A stretch of DNA of 63,971 nucleotides, the filler included, from Welwitschia mirabilis (lineage: Eukaryota): NCBI GenBank assembly GCA_051453625.1. It is 4 parts of one record of this genome, joined end to end, with 100 filler letters (N's around TTAATTAATTAA, not from the genome) between each part and the next. Parts side by side here need not be neighbours in the genome. Positions count along the whole stretch, not along the records: positions 1 to 13,899 come from JBOZIK010000001.1; 3 more parts are not named here. One strand, given 5' to 3'. Positions 1-13,583 of this stretch are shown here, one piece after another. A program made the translations under genes and the position numbers. A model generated the notes under the pieces. That model had not been told where the DNA came from and ran no database searches. It saw only the letters and a list, made by a program, of their open reading frames with translations. How positions within the stretch are numbered: the stretch's first letter is position 1; every line of letters begins with the position of its first letter.

Positions 1-1300
1 TCAAAAATTACATTTATTAAAAACTCAACTTTATTATATTTATATTTTAGAAGAAATCCAACACTAATTTGTTCATAACTTTTTAAAATTATTAGGTTTA
101 AAAGATTTATTATATTTATATTAAGTTTTTTTAAAAATTAGATTTAAATTAAGTTTTTTAGATAAAGTGTAAATTAAGTGTTTTTAAATTTATTAAGTTT
201 AACGAATTTATTAAGTTTAATGAATTTATTACGTTTATATTAACTTTTTTAAAAGTAAGTTTAAATTATTTTTTTTTTAAATTAGCCTTATTAGAGAGTC
301 AACTCTATTAAGTTTAAATAAAGTTTTTTAAGTAAAGGTTTTAAGATAAAGTACAAAAGCAATTTTTTTTAAAATTAATAGATTTAAAAAATTTATTATA
401 TTTACATTACGTTTTTTTAAATTTAAGTTTTTAAGATAAATTATAAATTAAGTTTTTTAAAATTTACTAAGTTTAAAATATTTATTATATTTACATTATG
501 TTTTTTGAAATTCAGTTTAAATTAAGTTTTTTTTTAAAAAAATGTTATTAGAAAGTAACTCTATTAATGAGGTTTACATTAATTTTTTTAAAAATTAAGT
601 TTAAAAAATTCAAAAAAAAAGCTTTTTAAGTTAAGTTTCAGTAATTTAAAAAAATTAGGGTTTCTTACATTAAGTTTTTCTTATATTATATTAGATAAAA
701 CTAACATTATCTTTAGATTAAACTTAAATGGATTTATATTAGACTTTTAAAAATTAAGTTTTTTTTAAATTTAATTTTTCATTAGTTTATTTATTTTATA
801 AATCAAGCTTTTTAAAAATTAAGTTCTTCATAAAATAACTTATTTAGAAACTTAAAATTATTTTTAAACAAGTGTTTTTAAATTAGGTTTTTATAAAAAT
901 GAGTTTTTAAAATTGTGTCTTTTCTTCTTTGATATAAGTTCTTGAACTTAAGTTTTAAAAGGTTTTTAAAATTTAGTTCATCCTTANNNNNNNNNNNNNN
1001 NNNNNNNNNNNNNNNNNNNNNNNNNNNNNNNNNNNNNNNNNNNNNNNNNNNNNNNNNNNNNNNNNNNNNNNNNNNNNNNNNNNNNNTAAATCAAGCTTTT
1101 TAAAAATTAAGTTCTTCATAAAATAACTTATTTATAAACTTAAAATTATTTTTAAACAAGTGTTTTTAAATTAGATTTTTATAAAAATGAGTTTTTAAAA
1201 TTGTGTCTTTTCTTCTTTGATATAAGTTTTTTAACTTAAGTGTTATAACGGTTTTTAAAATTTAGTTTATCTTTACAATTATCTTTATTTTCTAAATGTA
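1..1300. repeat. AT-rich degenerate subrepeat block upstream of Helitron-like gene (array unit 1)
   Basis: Recurrent motifs AAATTTATTATATTTATATTAAGTTTT / TTAAGATAAAGTGTAAATTAAG; same block recurs at 6795-8790 and 12425-13583 in front of homologous sequence. Confidence 0.85.
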
Positions 1301-3599
1301 GTTTTTACATTCATTTTCATTTATCTAGAATGAATTCTAAGATTGAATACCAACGAGATCTAAATTGTGAAAGAAAAATAAGATATCATGAGAGGTAAAG
1401 ACTCCATAAAAAAACTGAAAACTCAACAAACTCTTTAAACATATGTAATGATATCAGTAACAACAATAATCCAAAAGGTATGAGTTATTTTTATTTATAG
1501 CTTTACTATTTTATCAAGATTAGGTCTATAACATAGTTACTTTTTCTTATATGTTTATAAATAACATGAAGAATGCAACTCTTCGACATAATACTATAGC
1601 ACCTATTACTATAGTACAATACTTGATTGACTATACAGTGAAAGAAATAAATCAACAAATTTAAGACATGCTTACAGAAACTAACTCCTTCGTACCAGTT
1701 AGTAAAAAGATATAAAACAATGGCATGACATCTATGAGTCACAGGTGTAATACATAGAATCCTTTATCATTAACATCAAGATAAGAATATGTAAGGCAAC
1801 AAGAAGAAATCATCAAAGAGAATGGTTATCATAATCAACAATCACACTTATGAAAAGAATGATGAAAAAGGCAGTCTAATGTAATAGTATCAAACTTTTA
1901 TGCCCTCTCCTCTATAAGAATTCTTAACCAAACATTACAAAATCCTCTATATCCTTGCTTACATAAGTCTAATGATGATATATCTAAAGGAATTGGGACA
2001 TTTTGGAGAGAAATACAAGTATTTGCTTAATTAAGATCATGCACAATTTGTAATGAGATGTATTGGTCTATAGAGTTGGTACAAAGTAGATATGGCCCTT
2101 TTTGTATATGGTGTTAACATAAGAAAAGGGAAGGGATCATAACTACTAATNNNNNNNNNNNNNNNNNNNNNNNNNNNNNNNNNNNNNNNNNNNNNNNNNN
2201 NNNNNNNNNNNNNNNNNNNNNNNNNNNNNNNNNNNNNNNNNNNNNNNNNNNNNNNNNNNNNNNNNNNNNNNNNNNNNNNNNNNNNNNNNNNNNNNNNNNN
2301 NNNNNNNNNNNNNNNNNNNNNNNNNNNNNNNNNNNNNNNNNNNNNNNNNNNNNNNNNNNNNNNNNNNNNNNNNNNNNNNNNNNNNNNNNNNNNNNNNNNN
2401 NNNNNNNNNNNNNNNNNNNNNNNNNNNNNNNNNNNNNNNNNNNNNNNNNNNNNNNNNNNNNNNNNNNNNNNNNNNNNNNNNNNNNNNNNNNNNNNNNNNN
2501 NNNNNNNNNNNNNNNNNNNNNNNNNNNNNNNNNNNNNNNNNNNNNNNNNNNNNNNNNNNNNNNNNNNNNNNNNNNNNNNNNNNNNNNNNNNNNNNNNNNN
2601 NNTGAAGAAATTAGATGTTTCTCTACTTAGAATGACATGAACCTAGGACCTCAACAATTTATTTTATTCCATCTTACACAGGTCAAAGAGATGTTGATTT
2701 CAAGTGTAAATCCATTGCTTCAACTTATACATATAACTAATGGCCAATTGGTATATTAAGGGCATACAATAAGCTTTCAATAAGATGTGTCATATATTAC
2801 AAGGGTTTTATCCTTTAGTATTACATAAATACCAATTCTTATTCTAAAAAGAAGGGATCAAATCAGTGAAAAATATAATTTTATTATAAATAAGAGACAA
2901 GTTTATCATGCTTTATGCTTTAAAAAAGAAAATGATCCTTTCTACCAAGATGTTAAGATAGACTTGCATTCCTTAGATGACATCAACAATGATAAAGATG
3001 TTAATGTCTTTCATATGCTTTAATACATTACTCTTAGTGAAGAGGAAGGGAATAGTAAGCTATATTTTGATGGTCCAATTCTAGAAATGGATGAATCCAA
3101 TATTAATCAACACACATCCTTAGTTGTCACANNNNNNNNNNNNNNNNNNNNNNNNNNNNNNNNNNNNNNNNNNNNNNNNNNNNNNNNNNNNNNNNNNNNN
3201 NNNNNNNNNNNNNNNNNNNNNNNNNNNNNNNGATGGTCCAATTCTAGAAATGGATGAATCCAATATTAATCAACACACATCCTTAGTTGTCACATGATGT
3301 CCTTGACTTGAAAGAGAACTTAATGCTATAAATAACTAGATATAAAACTCATATAACAATTCCTCAACAAGTGCTTAATAGCTATTACTAAGAGAGTTAT
3401 TAATCAATGAGTTTAACACTAGAAGTATGTTATCATTGTTATTTTTCCATTATTATTTCCTATAAGCAATTATGATTTTCTAGCACAGAGAGCTAAAGAT
3501 GTCAAACTACATGAGTTTGCAAAACATCTTTTAAGTTATATAGATGGAAGATTTGGTCATCATCCTTAATTTTGGTAAGTACTTCCTCATTTATTTAAT

Positions 3600-5574
3600 A
3601 TTTTGAAAAAGTATATATATTAGAATAGNNNNNNNNNNGGGGTGATAGATAGGATAATTAAATTATTCAGAAACAAAGAAAGGGTATTCCACTAACTGTT
3701 GAGGGGAAAACTATGAAACATAACAAAAATGGGGTGAAACCAACCCTCAAAAACATAGACTGAGTATGGGGAACTGCCTGTCTAGAAGAGTAAAAGAATA
3801 GAAGAAGAAAACCATTGTTCTACTAATAGAATGAAGGCAAAAATGCTCCTTATGATTATAAGTTATAAAAAACTTAATTTTAATAAGGAACAGACTTGGT
3901 GAGGGGGATTAGAGACCTCTACAGAATGGGGACATATTACCATAATTGTGGTTGAGAAGGAATCAGTCCAAGTCATCAAAGAAAATCTCAACTGCTTGAT
4001 TTACCTCCTTAAATTCTTTGGCACCTACTATATCTTTATCTAGATGTAGTATTAAGGCTTTCTTCCTGTAGTCAATTTAATGGCTTAAGGAAGGGCTCTG
4101 TGAGATAGTTCTAATGTGATAAAGGGGCATCTCTTTAGATCTTGGATGGTTGCCAGTAGAATCTCCCATCTAGCAACATTCATATCAATGTTCTCTTAAG
4201 ATTAAGGCAGAATTTCTACTAAGGAAGAGTCTGAAGTAGAGTTCTAAGCAGAGAGGGGGCCCAATGCTAGAGTAAGAAAGTTCTAGGCATACCTACCTCC
4301 CTCCTGAGAGTGGGTGATAGTTAATCCTAAACTAGTTCCTAAGTTGTCCCAGGATTAGGCTCTTGACCTGTCTCTTATACTAGTGACGAAAACGTCTCCT
4401 CTAAACAAACTAAGGGTGGAGTTATCCCTCGCTAGCTAGATTTTCCATGCATAGTCTTCTTCTCTAGAATAGGGGTTCTTTTAGAAGTGATTCTTATTTT
4501 GGAGGTTCTCCTAGGAGAAGTTTAATATGGGCAACGGGTGCCTCTATTACCCTAATTTCTTATACTACTCTTCGCAGAGCCAAAACTCAACCTAAGTGCT
4601 TTAAGGAATCCTTTCTTTTAAGATCTTGGATAAAAAAGAATGTTAAGTTCACCTGACGCCCTAAGTTAAAAGCTTTAAGAAACATAAAATGGATACCTAA
4701 AAGTTTGGAGCAATTGAATGAAATAGTGATCCACGTGCTCTATGCCTAGTTCCCAGAGGGGCGATAGCACCTTTCTGCTAATGTGCCCATTTGGCAATTT
4801 AGGAACCCCATTAGGGAAGAAATGGAGTGCTTCATGTTTCCCTCTACTTCTAAATGAAATATGTTCTCCTTCCACAAGGATATCCAACATCCTAGAGAGG
4901 GAGTCTTCAGTGATTTCTATAAGAATTCTTCTAAACATGATGCACCCTCCTCTCGATAATCTATAAAAGGTGGTGATATCAGCCCCCTAGTCTTCTCCAA
5001 GCTTATGCAGGAAAGGTTCTCATCCCATCACCTACACTTTTTCCTATAGGATAGGGCACCCTTCAAAGAGGCTAGGGTTAGAAGGTTTAATAGTAAGCAT
5101 GGCTCCCATCATGAGTCTAATTTGAAAATGAAATTGCTTAATCGTCCTTGCTCTGTTTATAGCAGATCCCATCCAATAAATGCATATCAGGGGCATTGTG
5201 GGTCTAATAGTACTTCTTCATAATGGATATTAATTCTTTACTCTATATCCAATGATGAAATAAATGTTGTGCTATTTCAGGGTTTGACTAGAAAATGGGA
5301 TAGTTTGTATCCACTTGGAATCCCCTCTTAATCAACTAGTCTCTAGTTAAGATTATATGATGACCTTTTAACCAATAAAAGACCTTAATTTTTTCTAGAA
5401 TTTAACCCTTCTAATACTTCTTGTATAAGTCATCTTTTCCTTTTTTTTAAGAGGATCTGCTTAGTTAAATCAGATTGACAGATTTTTAAGTCAAGAAGTT
5501 GTTTTCGAGCTTTACTGAGGTGTTTTCTTAAGTAGGACTTCACATGATCAATGCTCGAATCTCTGTATTTATAG
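3600..5574 (-). mobile_element. ~2-kb insertion in Helitron intron, flanked by 16-bp target-site duplication
   Basis: TCCTCATTTATTTAAT (3584-3599) and TCCTCATTTGTTTAAT (5575-5590); the empty site is present once in copy B (~11200-11222). Confidence 0.8.
4560..5112 (-). pseudogene. Retrotransposon-type accessory ORF remnant (resembles plant Ty3 ORF2 / Transposase_32-like proteins)
   Basis: MMGAMLTIKP...ITTFYRLSRGGCIMFRRILIEITEDSLSRMLDILVEGE...LWELGIEHVDHYF, then after a frameshift IHFMFLKAFNLGRQVNLTFFFIQDL; similarity recalled, not searched. Confidence 0.45.
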
Positions 5575-6794
5575 TCCTCATTTGTTTAATTCATTAATGA
5601 ATTTAATGGAATAACTTTTTAACCCTAAATAAATTATTTTTAACTTTAGGACTTATATGTTGAATATGATTATGAAACATAGGGCACTTAGATCTACAAC
5701 AATGTTCTTTAAAAAAAGCATAGTAGATGGCCCTATTATAATAGAATAATTACATGAAAAAATGATTAATTGTTCATTAAATGAATAAAAAGATAACTTG
5801 ATAAGACATGGAAGATCTCTAAGAGGCACACCATCTTACTAGAAAAAAAGCAAATGAGAGCTATTAGATATGGTTACCTAGCTTAGAACTCCTACAATAT
5901 TTGTTAATTTAAGCACTGCTAATTTATGTTAGCACGATCTACATAATATTATGTCTAGTGAATAACCACAGCCACCGATTATTCAAGATGATGTTACTCT
6001 TTATTTTTTTAAAATTAAAACAAATTAAATTTTAACTAAAACTTAAAAATAAAAACTATTCTTTCAAATGGCAAACCTAATTTATGGAGCTGTTTTTATG
6101 GTATAAAATAAAAGTAACAAAAACATACATAACCAAAACACTAATGAATTTACTTTAAAGATTTTGAATCACTTTGAAGAACAACACCATAATTGACAGC
6201 GGACAAAGCTTCTCTAATCCCTTTAATTGCTTATAATAATTGGGTATGCACATTTTTACAAATTTCTCTCTATTTATCATTTTTCTTTAATGTTGATTTT
6301 TAAAATTTAGATCATCATTTTTTAATAATTCTGAAAATGTATTCTTGTAAAATCTCTTATAATCAAATGATGTTGACTGTACCAAATGATGTTTAATGGT
6401 ATTTATATTTTTCTATTTTATATGAAATTCAACAATAATTTGTTCATAGGCTTTCAAAATTAGAAGTTTTATTCAGTTATTAACATCTTTAATAACTTTT
6501 AAAAATGCATTTAAAAAAATAACTTGGAGCCATGGTAGGAAATAATAAAAAGCTCTAATAACATTCATTCTAATTGAAGAGGTGTCGAGAGATTTCCCCA
6601 CCTCCGTTTTTATGATATATTACTATTTGAGATATAAAAACTCGTGAATAGGAGAAATAAAACAATGTTTTCAAAGGAATATTTTTACTTTATTTTCTGA
6701 TTTTACTTAACTCACTTAGTATTGGCCTTACATTATTAGGTTTAATATTAATTCTGTTATAGAACTAGGTTTATTCTTAGTTCATAGCGTCTTT

Positions 6795-8790
6795 AAAGAA
6801 AAAAATTTATTATATTTATATTTTGGACAAAATCCAATACTAATTATTCATAGGTTTCTTAAAATTGTTAGGTTTAAAAATTTTATTATATTTATATAAA
6901 TTTTTTTAAAAAATATTTTAAATTAGTTTTTAAAGATAAAGTGTAAATTAAGTGTCTTTAAATTTATTAAGTTTAAGAAATTTATTATGTTTATATTAAC
7001 TTTTTTAAATTAGGTTTAAATTAAGTATTTTTTTAAAATTATGTTTATTAGAGAGTTAACTCTATTAAGTTTAAATTAAGTTTTTAACATAAAGTTCAAA
7101 GTAATTTTTTTAAAAATTAATAGGTTTAAAATATTGATTATATTTACACTAAGTTTTTTTAAAAATTAAGTTTAAATTAAGTTTTTAAGATAAAGTGTAA
7201 ATTCAGTTTTTCAAATTTACGAAGTCTAACAAATTTATTATGTTTATATTAAGTTTTTACAAATTAAGTTTAAATTAATTTTTTTTTAAAAATTAGTTTT
7301 ATTATAAAGTCAACTCTATTATATTTATATTTTGCAAGAAATCTAACACCAATTTGTTTATAGATTTTTTAAAATTATTAGAGTTAAAAATTTTATTATA
7401 TTTATATTAAGTTTTTTTAAAAATTAGATTTAAATTAACTTTTTTAGATAAAGTATAAATTAAGTATTTTTAAATTTATTAAGTTCAACAAATTTATTAT
7501 GTTTACATTAACAATTTTAAATTAAGTTTAAACTAAGTAATTTTTAAAATTAGATTTATTATAGAATCGACTCTATTAACTTTAAATTAATTTTTAAATT
7601 AAGTTTTCAAGAAAAATTTTAAAGTAAGATGTTTTAAAATTAATAGGTTTACAAAATTCATTATATTTATATTAAGGTTTTTTTAAAAATTAAGTTTAAA
7701 TTAATTTTTTAAGATAAAGTGTAAATTACGTCTTTTAAATTTACTAAGTTTAAAAATTTATTATGTTAACATTAAGTTTTTTAAAATTAAGTTTAAATTA
7801 AGTTTTTTTTACAAAAACTAGGTTTATTAGAAAGTTAATTATATTATATTTATATTTTGGAAGAAATCTAACACCCATTTGTTCATAAGTTTTTTAAAAT
7901 TATTAGATTTAAAAGATTTATTATATTTATATTAAGTGTTTTTTGAAAATTAGATTTAAATTAAGTTTTTTAGATAAAGTATAAATTAAGTTTTTTAAAT
8001 TTATTATGTTTACATTAACTTTTTAAAATTAAATATAAATTTATTTTTTTAAAATTAGCTTTATTAGACAGTCGACTCTATTAAGTTTAAAGTAAGTTTT
8101 TTAAATTAAGGTTTTAAGATAAAGTAAGTTTTGTTAAAATTAAGAGGTTTGAAAAAGTCACCATATTTACATTATATTTTTTTTAAATTTAAGTCTTCAA
8201 GATAAAGTATAAATTAAATTTTCTTAAAGTTACTAAGTTTAAAAAATTTATTATGTTTACATTATTTTTTTTAAAAATAAGTTTAAATTAATTTTTTTCC
8301 TAAAAATTAAGTTCATTAGAGACTAATTCTATTAAAGGATTTTATATTAAGTTTATTTAAATTAAGTTTAAAAAAATTAATAAATTAAGATTTTTAAGTT
8401 AATTTTTAGTAATTTAAAAAAGTTAGGATCTCTTACATTAAGTTTTTCTTATATTATGTTAGATAAAATTAACATTATCTTTAGATTAAACTGAAATGGT
8501 TTTATATTGGACTTTTAAAAGTTAAGTTTCTTTTTAAATTTATTTTTTCATTAGTTCATTTGTTTTATAAATTAATGTTTTAAAATTAAGTTCTTCATAA
8601 AGTAAGTTATTTACAAAATTAAGTTTTTAACTTAAAATTATTTTTAAGCCAGTGTTTTTAAATTAGATTTTTATAAAAATTATTTTTTAAAATTGTCCCT
8701 TTTCTTCTTTGATATAAGTTTTTTAACTTAAGTGTTTTAAAGATTTTTAAAAGTTAGTTCATGCTTGCAATTACCTTCATTTTGAAAATG
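6795..8790. repeat. AT-rich subrepeat block (array unit 2) with ~0.5-kb higher-order period
   Basis: Marker TTTATATTTT(G/A)..AGAAATC.AA.AC.AATTT.TTCATA recurs at ~6820, ~7330, ~7855 (also ~40 and ~12445). Confidence 0.85.
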
Positions 8791-8821
8791 TAATTTTTAC
8801 ATTCATTTTCATTTATCTAAA

Positions 8822-11615
8822 ATGGATTCTAAGATTGAACACCAATGAGCTCTAAATCGTGAAAGGCAAAGAAGATATCATGAGAGGCAAAGAATTTGTA
8901 GGAAAACTGAAATCTTAACAAACTCTTTAAACATATGTAATGATATCAGTAATAACAATAATCTAGAAGGTATGAGATATTTTTCTTTATATCTTTACTA
9001 TTTTATCGAGACTAGGTTTATAACATAGTCACTTATTCTTATATGTTTATAAATAACATGAAGAATGCAGCTCTTCCANNNNNNNNNNNNNNNNNNNNNN
9101 NNNCAGTACCAGACTTGATTAATCATACAGTGTAAGAACTAAATTAACAAATTGAATACATGCCAACAAAAATAATCCCTTTGGTACCAATCAGTGAACA
9201 GACAGAAAATAATGGTATGACATCTATAAGTCATGTGTGTAATACATAGAATCCTTTATCATTAACACTAAGACAAGAATATGTAAGGTGACAAAAAAAG
9301 ATTATGGAAGATGATGGTTATGATAATCAACAATCACGCTAACAAAGAGAATAACAAAAAAGGCAGTCTAATGCAATAGTATCAAACTTTGATGCTCTTT
9401 CCTCTATAAGAAGTCTTAACCAAACATTATAATAGACTCTACATCCTAGCTTACATAAGTCTAATGGTGATATATCTAAAGAAATTAAGACATTTTGAAG
9501 AGAAATACGAGTCTTTGCCAACCAAGATCATGCATAGTTTGTAATGAGATGTATCAGTCTATAGGCGATGATAAATTAGACATTTCTTTATTCATAACAA
9601 CATGGATCTAGAACCTTAGTCATTTTCTTATCCCATCTTACACAGGTTAAAGAGATGATGATTTCAAAGAAATTCATTTCTTTAACTTACACATGTGACT
9701 AGTGGTCAACTAGTATATCGAGGGCATACAATAAGTTTTCAACAAGATGTGTCACATATTGCAACGGTTTTACCTTTTAGAATTATACAAATACCAATCC
9801 TTATTCTAAAGAGAATGGATTAAATTGGTATAGAATATAATTTTATTATAAATAAGATATAAGTTTATTACACTTTATGTCTTAAGAAGGAAACTGATTC
9901 TTTCTACCAAGATGGTAGATAGACCTACATTTTTTAGATGACATCAATAATGATAAAGATGTTAATGTCTTTCATATGCTTTGATACATTACTCTTAGTA
10001 GATAGGAAGGGAATATTAAGCTACATTTTGATGGTTCAATTTTAAAAAATAATGAGTCCAATATCATTTAATGCACCTCCTTAGTTATCACACTATGTCC
10101 TCAACTTAAAAGGGAACTTGATGCTATAAAGAACTAGCTACAAAACTCGTATAATGNNNNNNNNNNNNNNNNNNNNNNNNNNNNNNNNNNNNNNNNNNNN
10201 NNNNNNNNNNNNNNNNNNNNNNNNNNNNNNNNNNNNNNNNNNNNNNNNNNNNNNNNNNNNNNNNNNNNNNNNNNNNNNNNNNNNNNNNNNNNNNNNNNNN
10301 NNNNNNNNNNNNNNNNNNNNNNNNNNNNNNNNNNNNNNNNNNNNNNNNNNNNNNNNNNNNNNNNNNNNNNNNNNNNNNNNNNNNNNNNNNNNNNNNNNNN
10401 NNNNNNNNNNNNNNNNNNNNNNNNNNNNNNNNNNNNNNNNNNNNNNNNNNNNNNNNNNNNNNNNNNNNNNNNNNNNNNNNNNNNNNNNNNNNNNNNNNNN
10501 NNNNNNNNNNNNNNNNNNNNNNNNNNNNNNNNNNNNNNNNNNNNNNNNNNNNNNNNNNNNNNNNNNNNNNNNNNNNNNNNNNNNNNNNNNNNNNNNNNNN
10601 NNNNNNNNNNNNNNNNNNNNNNNNNNNNNNNNNNNNNNNNNNNNNNNNNNNNNNNNNNNNNNNNNNNNNNNNNNNNNNNNNNNNNNNNNNNNNNNNNNNN
10701 NNNNNNNNNNNNNNNNNNNNNNNNNNNNNGGGAATATTAAGCTACATTTTGATGGTTCAATTTTAAAAAATAATGTGTCCAATATCATTTAATGCACCTC
10801 CTTAGTTATCACACAATGTCCTCAACTTGAAAGGGAACTTGATGTTATAAAGAACTAGCTACAAAAATCGTATAATGATCCCTCAACAAGTGTCAATGAC
10901 CATTACTAGGAGAGTCACTAATCAATGAGTCTAACACTAGAGATATGCTCTCAATATCATTTCCATTATTATCTCCTATAGGNNNNNNNNNNNNNNNNNN
11001 NNNNNNNNNNNNNNNNNNNNNNNNNNNNNNNNNNNNNNNNNNNNNNNNNNNNNNNNNNNNNNNNNNNNNNNNNNNNNNNNNNTATAGGTAATTGTAATTT
11101 TCTACATGAAGAGCTAAAGATATCAAACTACATGAGTTTGCAAAACATCTTTTTAGATATAAATATGTAAGATTTGGTTGTCATCCTCAATTTCGATAAG
11201 TACTTCCTCATTTGTTTAATTCATTAATGAATTTAATGAGATAATTTTAACCCTAAATAAATTATTTTTGACTTTTGGTATTATATGTTTAATATGATCA
11301 TGATACATGGAGCACTTAGATCTACAACAATGTTATTTAAAAAGAGCAGAGTCAATGCCCCCATTGCAATAAAAGAATTATGTGAACAAATGGATAATTA
11401 TCTATTAAATGAAATAATAGATAACTTGATGAGATGTGGAAGCTCTCTAAGATGCGCATCATGTTACTAGAAAAAAGAAAATGTAAGCTATTAAATACGG
11501 TTACCCATCTTGGACCTCCTACAATATTCTTTACTTTAAGCACTGTCAATTTATATTAGCCCGATCTACATGATATCATGTCTAGTAAACAACCATAGCA
11601 CTGATTATCTAGGAT
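8822..11615 (+). pseudogene. Helitron-like Rep 5' half, copy B
   Basis: ATGGATTCTAAGATTGAACACC at 8822; colinear with copy A; ORF 11285-11470 MFNMIMIHGALRSTTM...; LGPPTIFFTLSTVNL (Rep motif 1) near 11510-11555. Confidence 0.8.
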
Positions 11616-12424
11616 GATGTTACTCTTTATTTTGTTATTTAAAACAAATTAAATTTTAACTAAAACTTAAAAAAGAAAACTATTATACCAAATGGAAAAC
11701 CTAATTTATGAGGTCATTTTCATGGTATAAAACAAGGATAAGAAAAACATACATAATCAAAACATAGATGAATTCACTTTGAAGATTTTGAATCACTCTA
11801 AAGAATAATTCTATAATTGATAGTGGACAAAGCTTCTCTAGTCTCTTTAATCTGCTATAATAATTAGGCATGCACATTTTTATAGATTTCTCTGTATTTA
11901 TCATTTTTCTTGAATGTTATTTTTTAGAATTTAGATCATCATGTTTTAATAATTTTAAAAATGTATTCTTGTAAAATCTCTTACAATTGAATAACATTGA
12001 CTTTACCAAACGATGTTTAGTGGTATTCATATTTTCTTATTTTGCACGAAATTAAACAATAATTTATTCATAGGTCCTTATAATAAGTAGGTTTATTTAG
12101 TTATTAACATATTTAATAATTTTTTAATATGCATTCAAAGAGATGTCTTTGAGCCATGAAAGAAAATAATGAAAAGCTTTAATTAACATTCCTTTTGTTG
12201 GAAGAGTTATTGAGATCTTTCCCCATCTCCATTTTTATGACAGATTACTATTTGCAATATAAAAACTCATGAATATGAGAACTAAAATAATGCTTTCAAA
12301 GGAAGATTTCCACTCTATTTTCCGCTTTTGCTTAACTCACCTAGTACTGGCCTTAAATTATTAGGTTTAATATTAATTTTATTACAAAATTAGATTTATT
12401 CTTAGTTCTTAGCATCTTTAAAGA

Positions 12425-13583
12425 AATAAAATTTATTATATTTATATTTAGGACAAAATCCAATACCAATTTATTCATAGGTTTTTTAAAATTTTTAGGT
12501 TTAAAAAAATTATTATATTTATATTAACATTCTTTAAAAATAATTTTAAATTAATTTTTTAAGATAAAGTATAAAAGTATTTTTAAATTTATTAACTTTA
12601 AGAAATTTATTATTTTTACATTAACTTCTTTAAATTAAGTTTAAATTAAGTATTTTTTTTTAAAATTAGGTTTATAAGAGAGTCAACTCTATTAAGTTTA
12701 AATTAAGTTTTTAAATTAAGTTTCTAAGATAAAGTGTAAAGTAATTTTAAAATTCATAGGTTTTTTAAAATTATTAAGTTTAAAAGATTTATTATATTTA
12801 TATTAATTTTTTTTAAAAATTAGATTTAAATTAAGTTTTTTAGATAAAGTGTAAAGTAAGTGTTTTTAAATTTATTAACAAATTTATTATGTTTATATTA
12901 ATTTTTTAAAATTAAGTTTAAATTAATTTTTTAAAATTAGCTTTATTAGGGTTACCTTTATTAAGTTTAAATTAAGTCTTTTAAATTAAGGTTTTAAGAT
13001 AAAGTAAATTTTTGTAAATTAATAGGCTTAAAAAGATCATTATATTTACATTACAATTTTTAAAATTTAAGTTTTTAAGATAAAGTATAAATTAAGTTTT
13101 TTTTAATTTATTAACTTTAAAAAATTTATTATGTTTACATTATGTTTTTTTTAAATTGAGTTTAAATTAAGTTTTTTTTTTAAAAAAATTAGGTTTATTA
13201 GAGAGTAACTCTATTAGAAAAGTTTACATTAAATTTTTATGAATTAAGTTTAAAAGTCAAGTTTCAGTGATTTAAAAAATTAGGGTTTCTTACATTTTCT
13301 TATATTATATTAGATAAAAATAACATTATTTTTAGATTAAACTTAAATGGCTTTATATTGGACTTTTAAAAATTAAGTTTCCTTTTTTAATTTAATTTTT
13401 CATTAGTTTATTTATTTTATAAATCAAGCTTTCAAAAATTAACTTCTTCATAAAGATTAAAAAATTAAGTTTTTTTAACTTAAAATTATTTCTAAGCAAG
13501 TATTTTTAAATTACATTTTTATAAAAATCAGTTTTTAAAATTGTGTCTTTTCTTCTTTGATATAAGTTTTTAAACTTAAGTGT
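12425..13583. repeat. AT-rich subrepeat block (array unit 3), interrupted at 13583
   Basis: Colinear with 1-1250 and the end of the 6795-8790 block; stops abruptly at AACTTAAGTGT. Confidence 0.85.

Larger units (their letters stand above)
1330..5990 (+). pseudogene. Helitron-like Rep 5' half, copy A (Zn-finger CTICNE, DUF6570-like, Helitron_like_N, RCR motif 1), intron-containing, many stops
   Basis: ATG at 1330; translated remnants KLHEFAKHLLSYIDGRFGHHP, YMLNMIMKHRA, LRGTPSY, ELLDMVT*LRTPTIFVNLSTAN match the Helitron_like_N / FFTLSAAD region; GT-AG intron 3575-5649. Confidence 0.8.

Noticed and set aside
3072-3293. Short near-identical repeats on either side of ~100-N gaps (also near 988, 15157, 16406, 17810, 26094, 26772, 28881, 30046, 42217)
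   Set aside because: Systematic association with fixed-size gaps indicates assembler overlap or haplotype-bubble artefacts
10138-10792. Long ORFs in the supplied track spanning N runs (also 27049-28718, 32167-33006, 49340-50170, 56101-57164)
   Set aside because: Length comes from X codons in gaps
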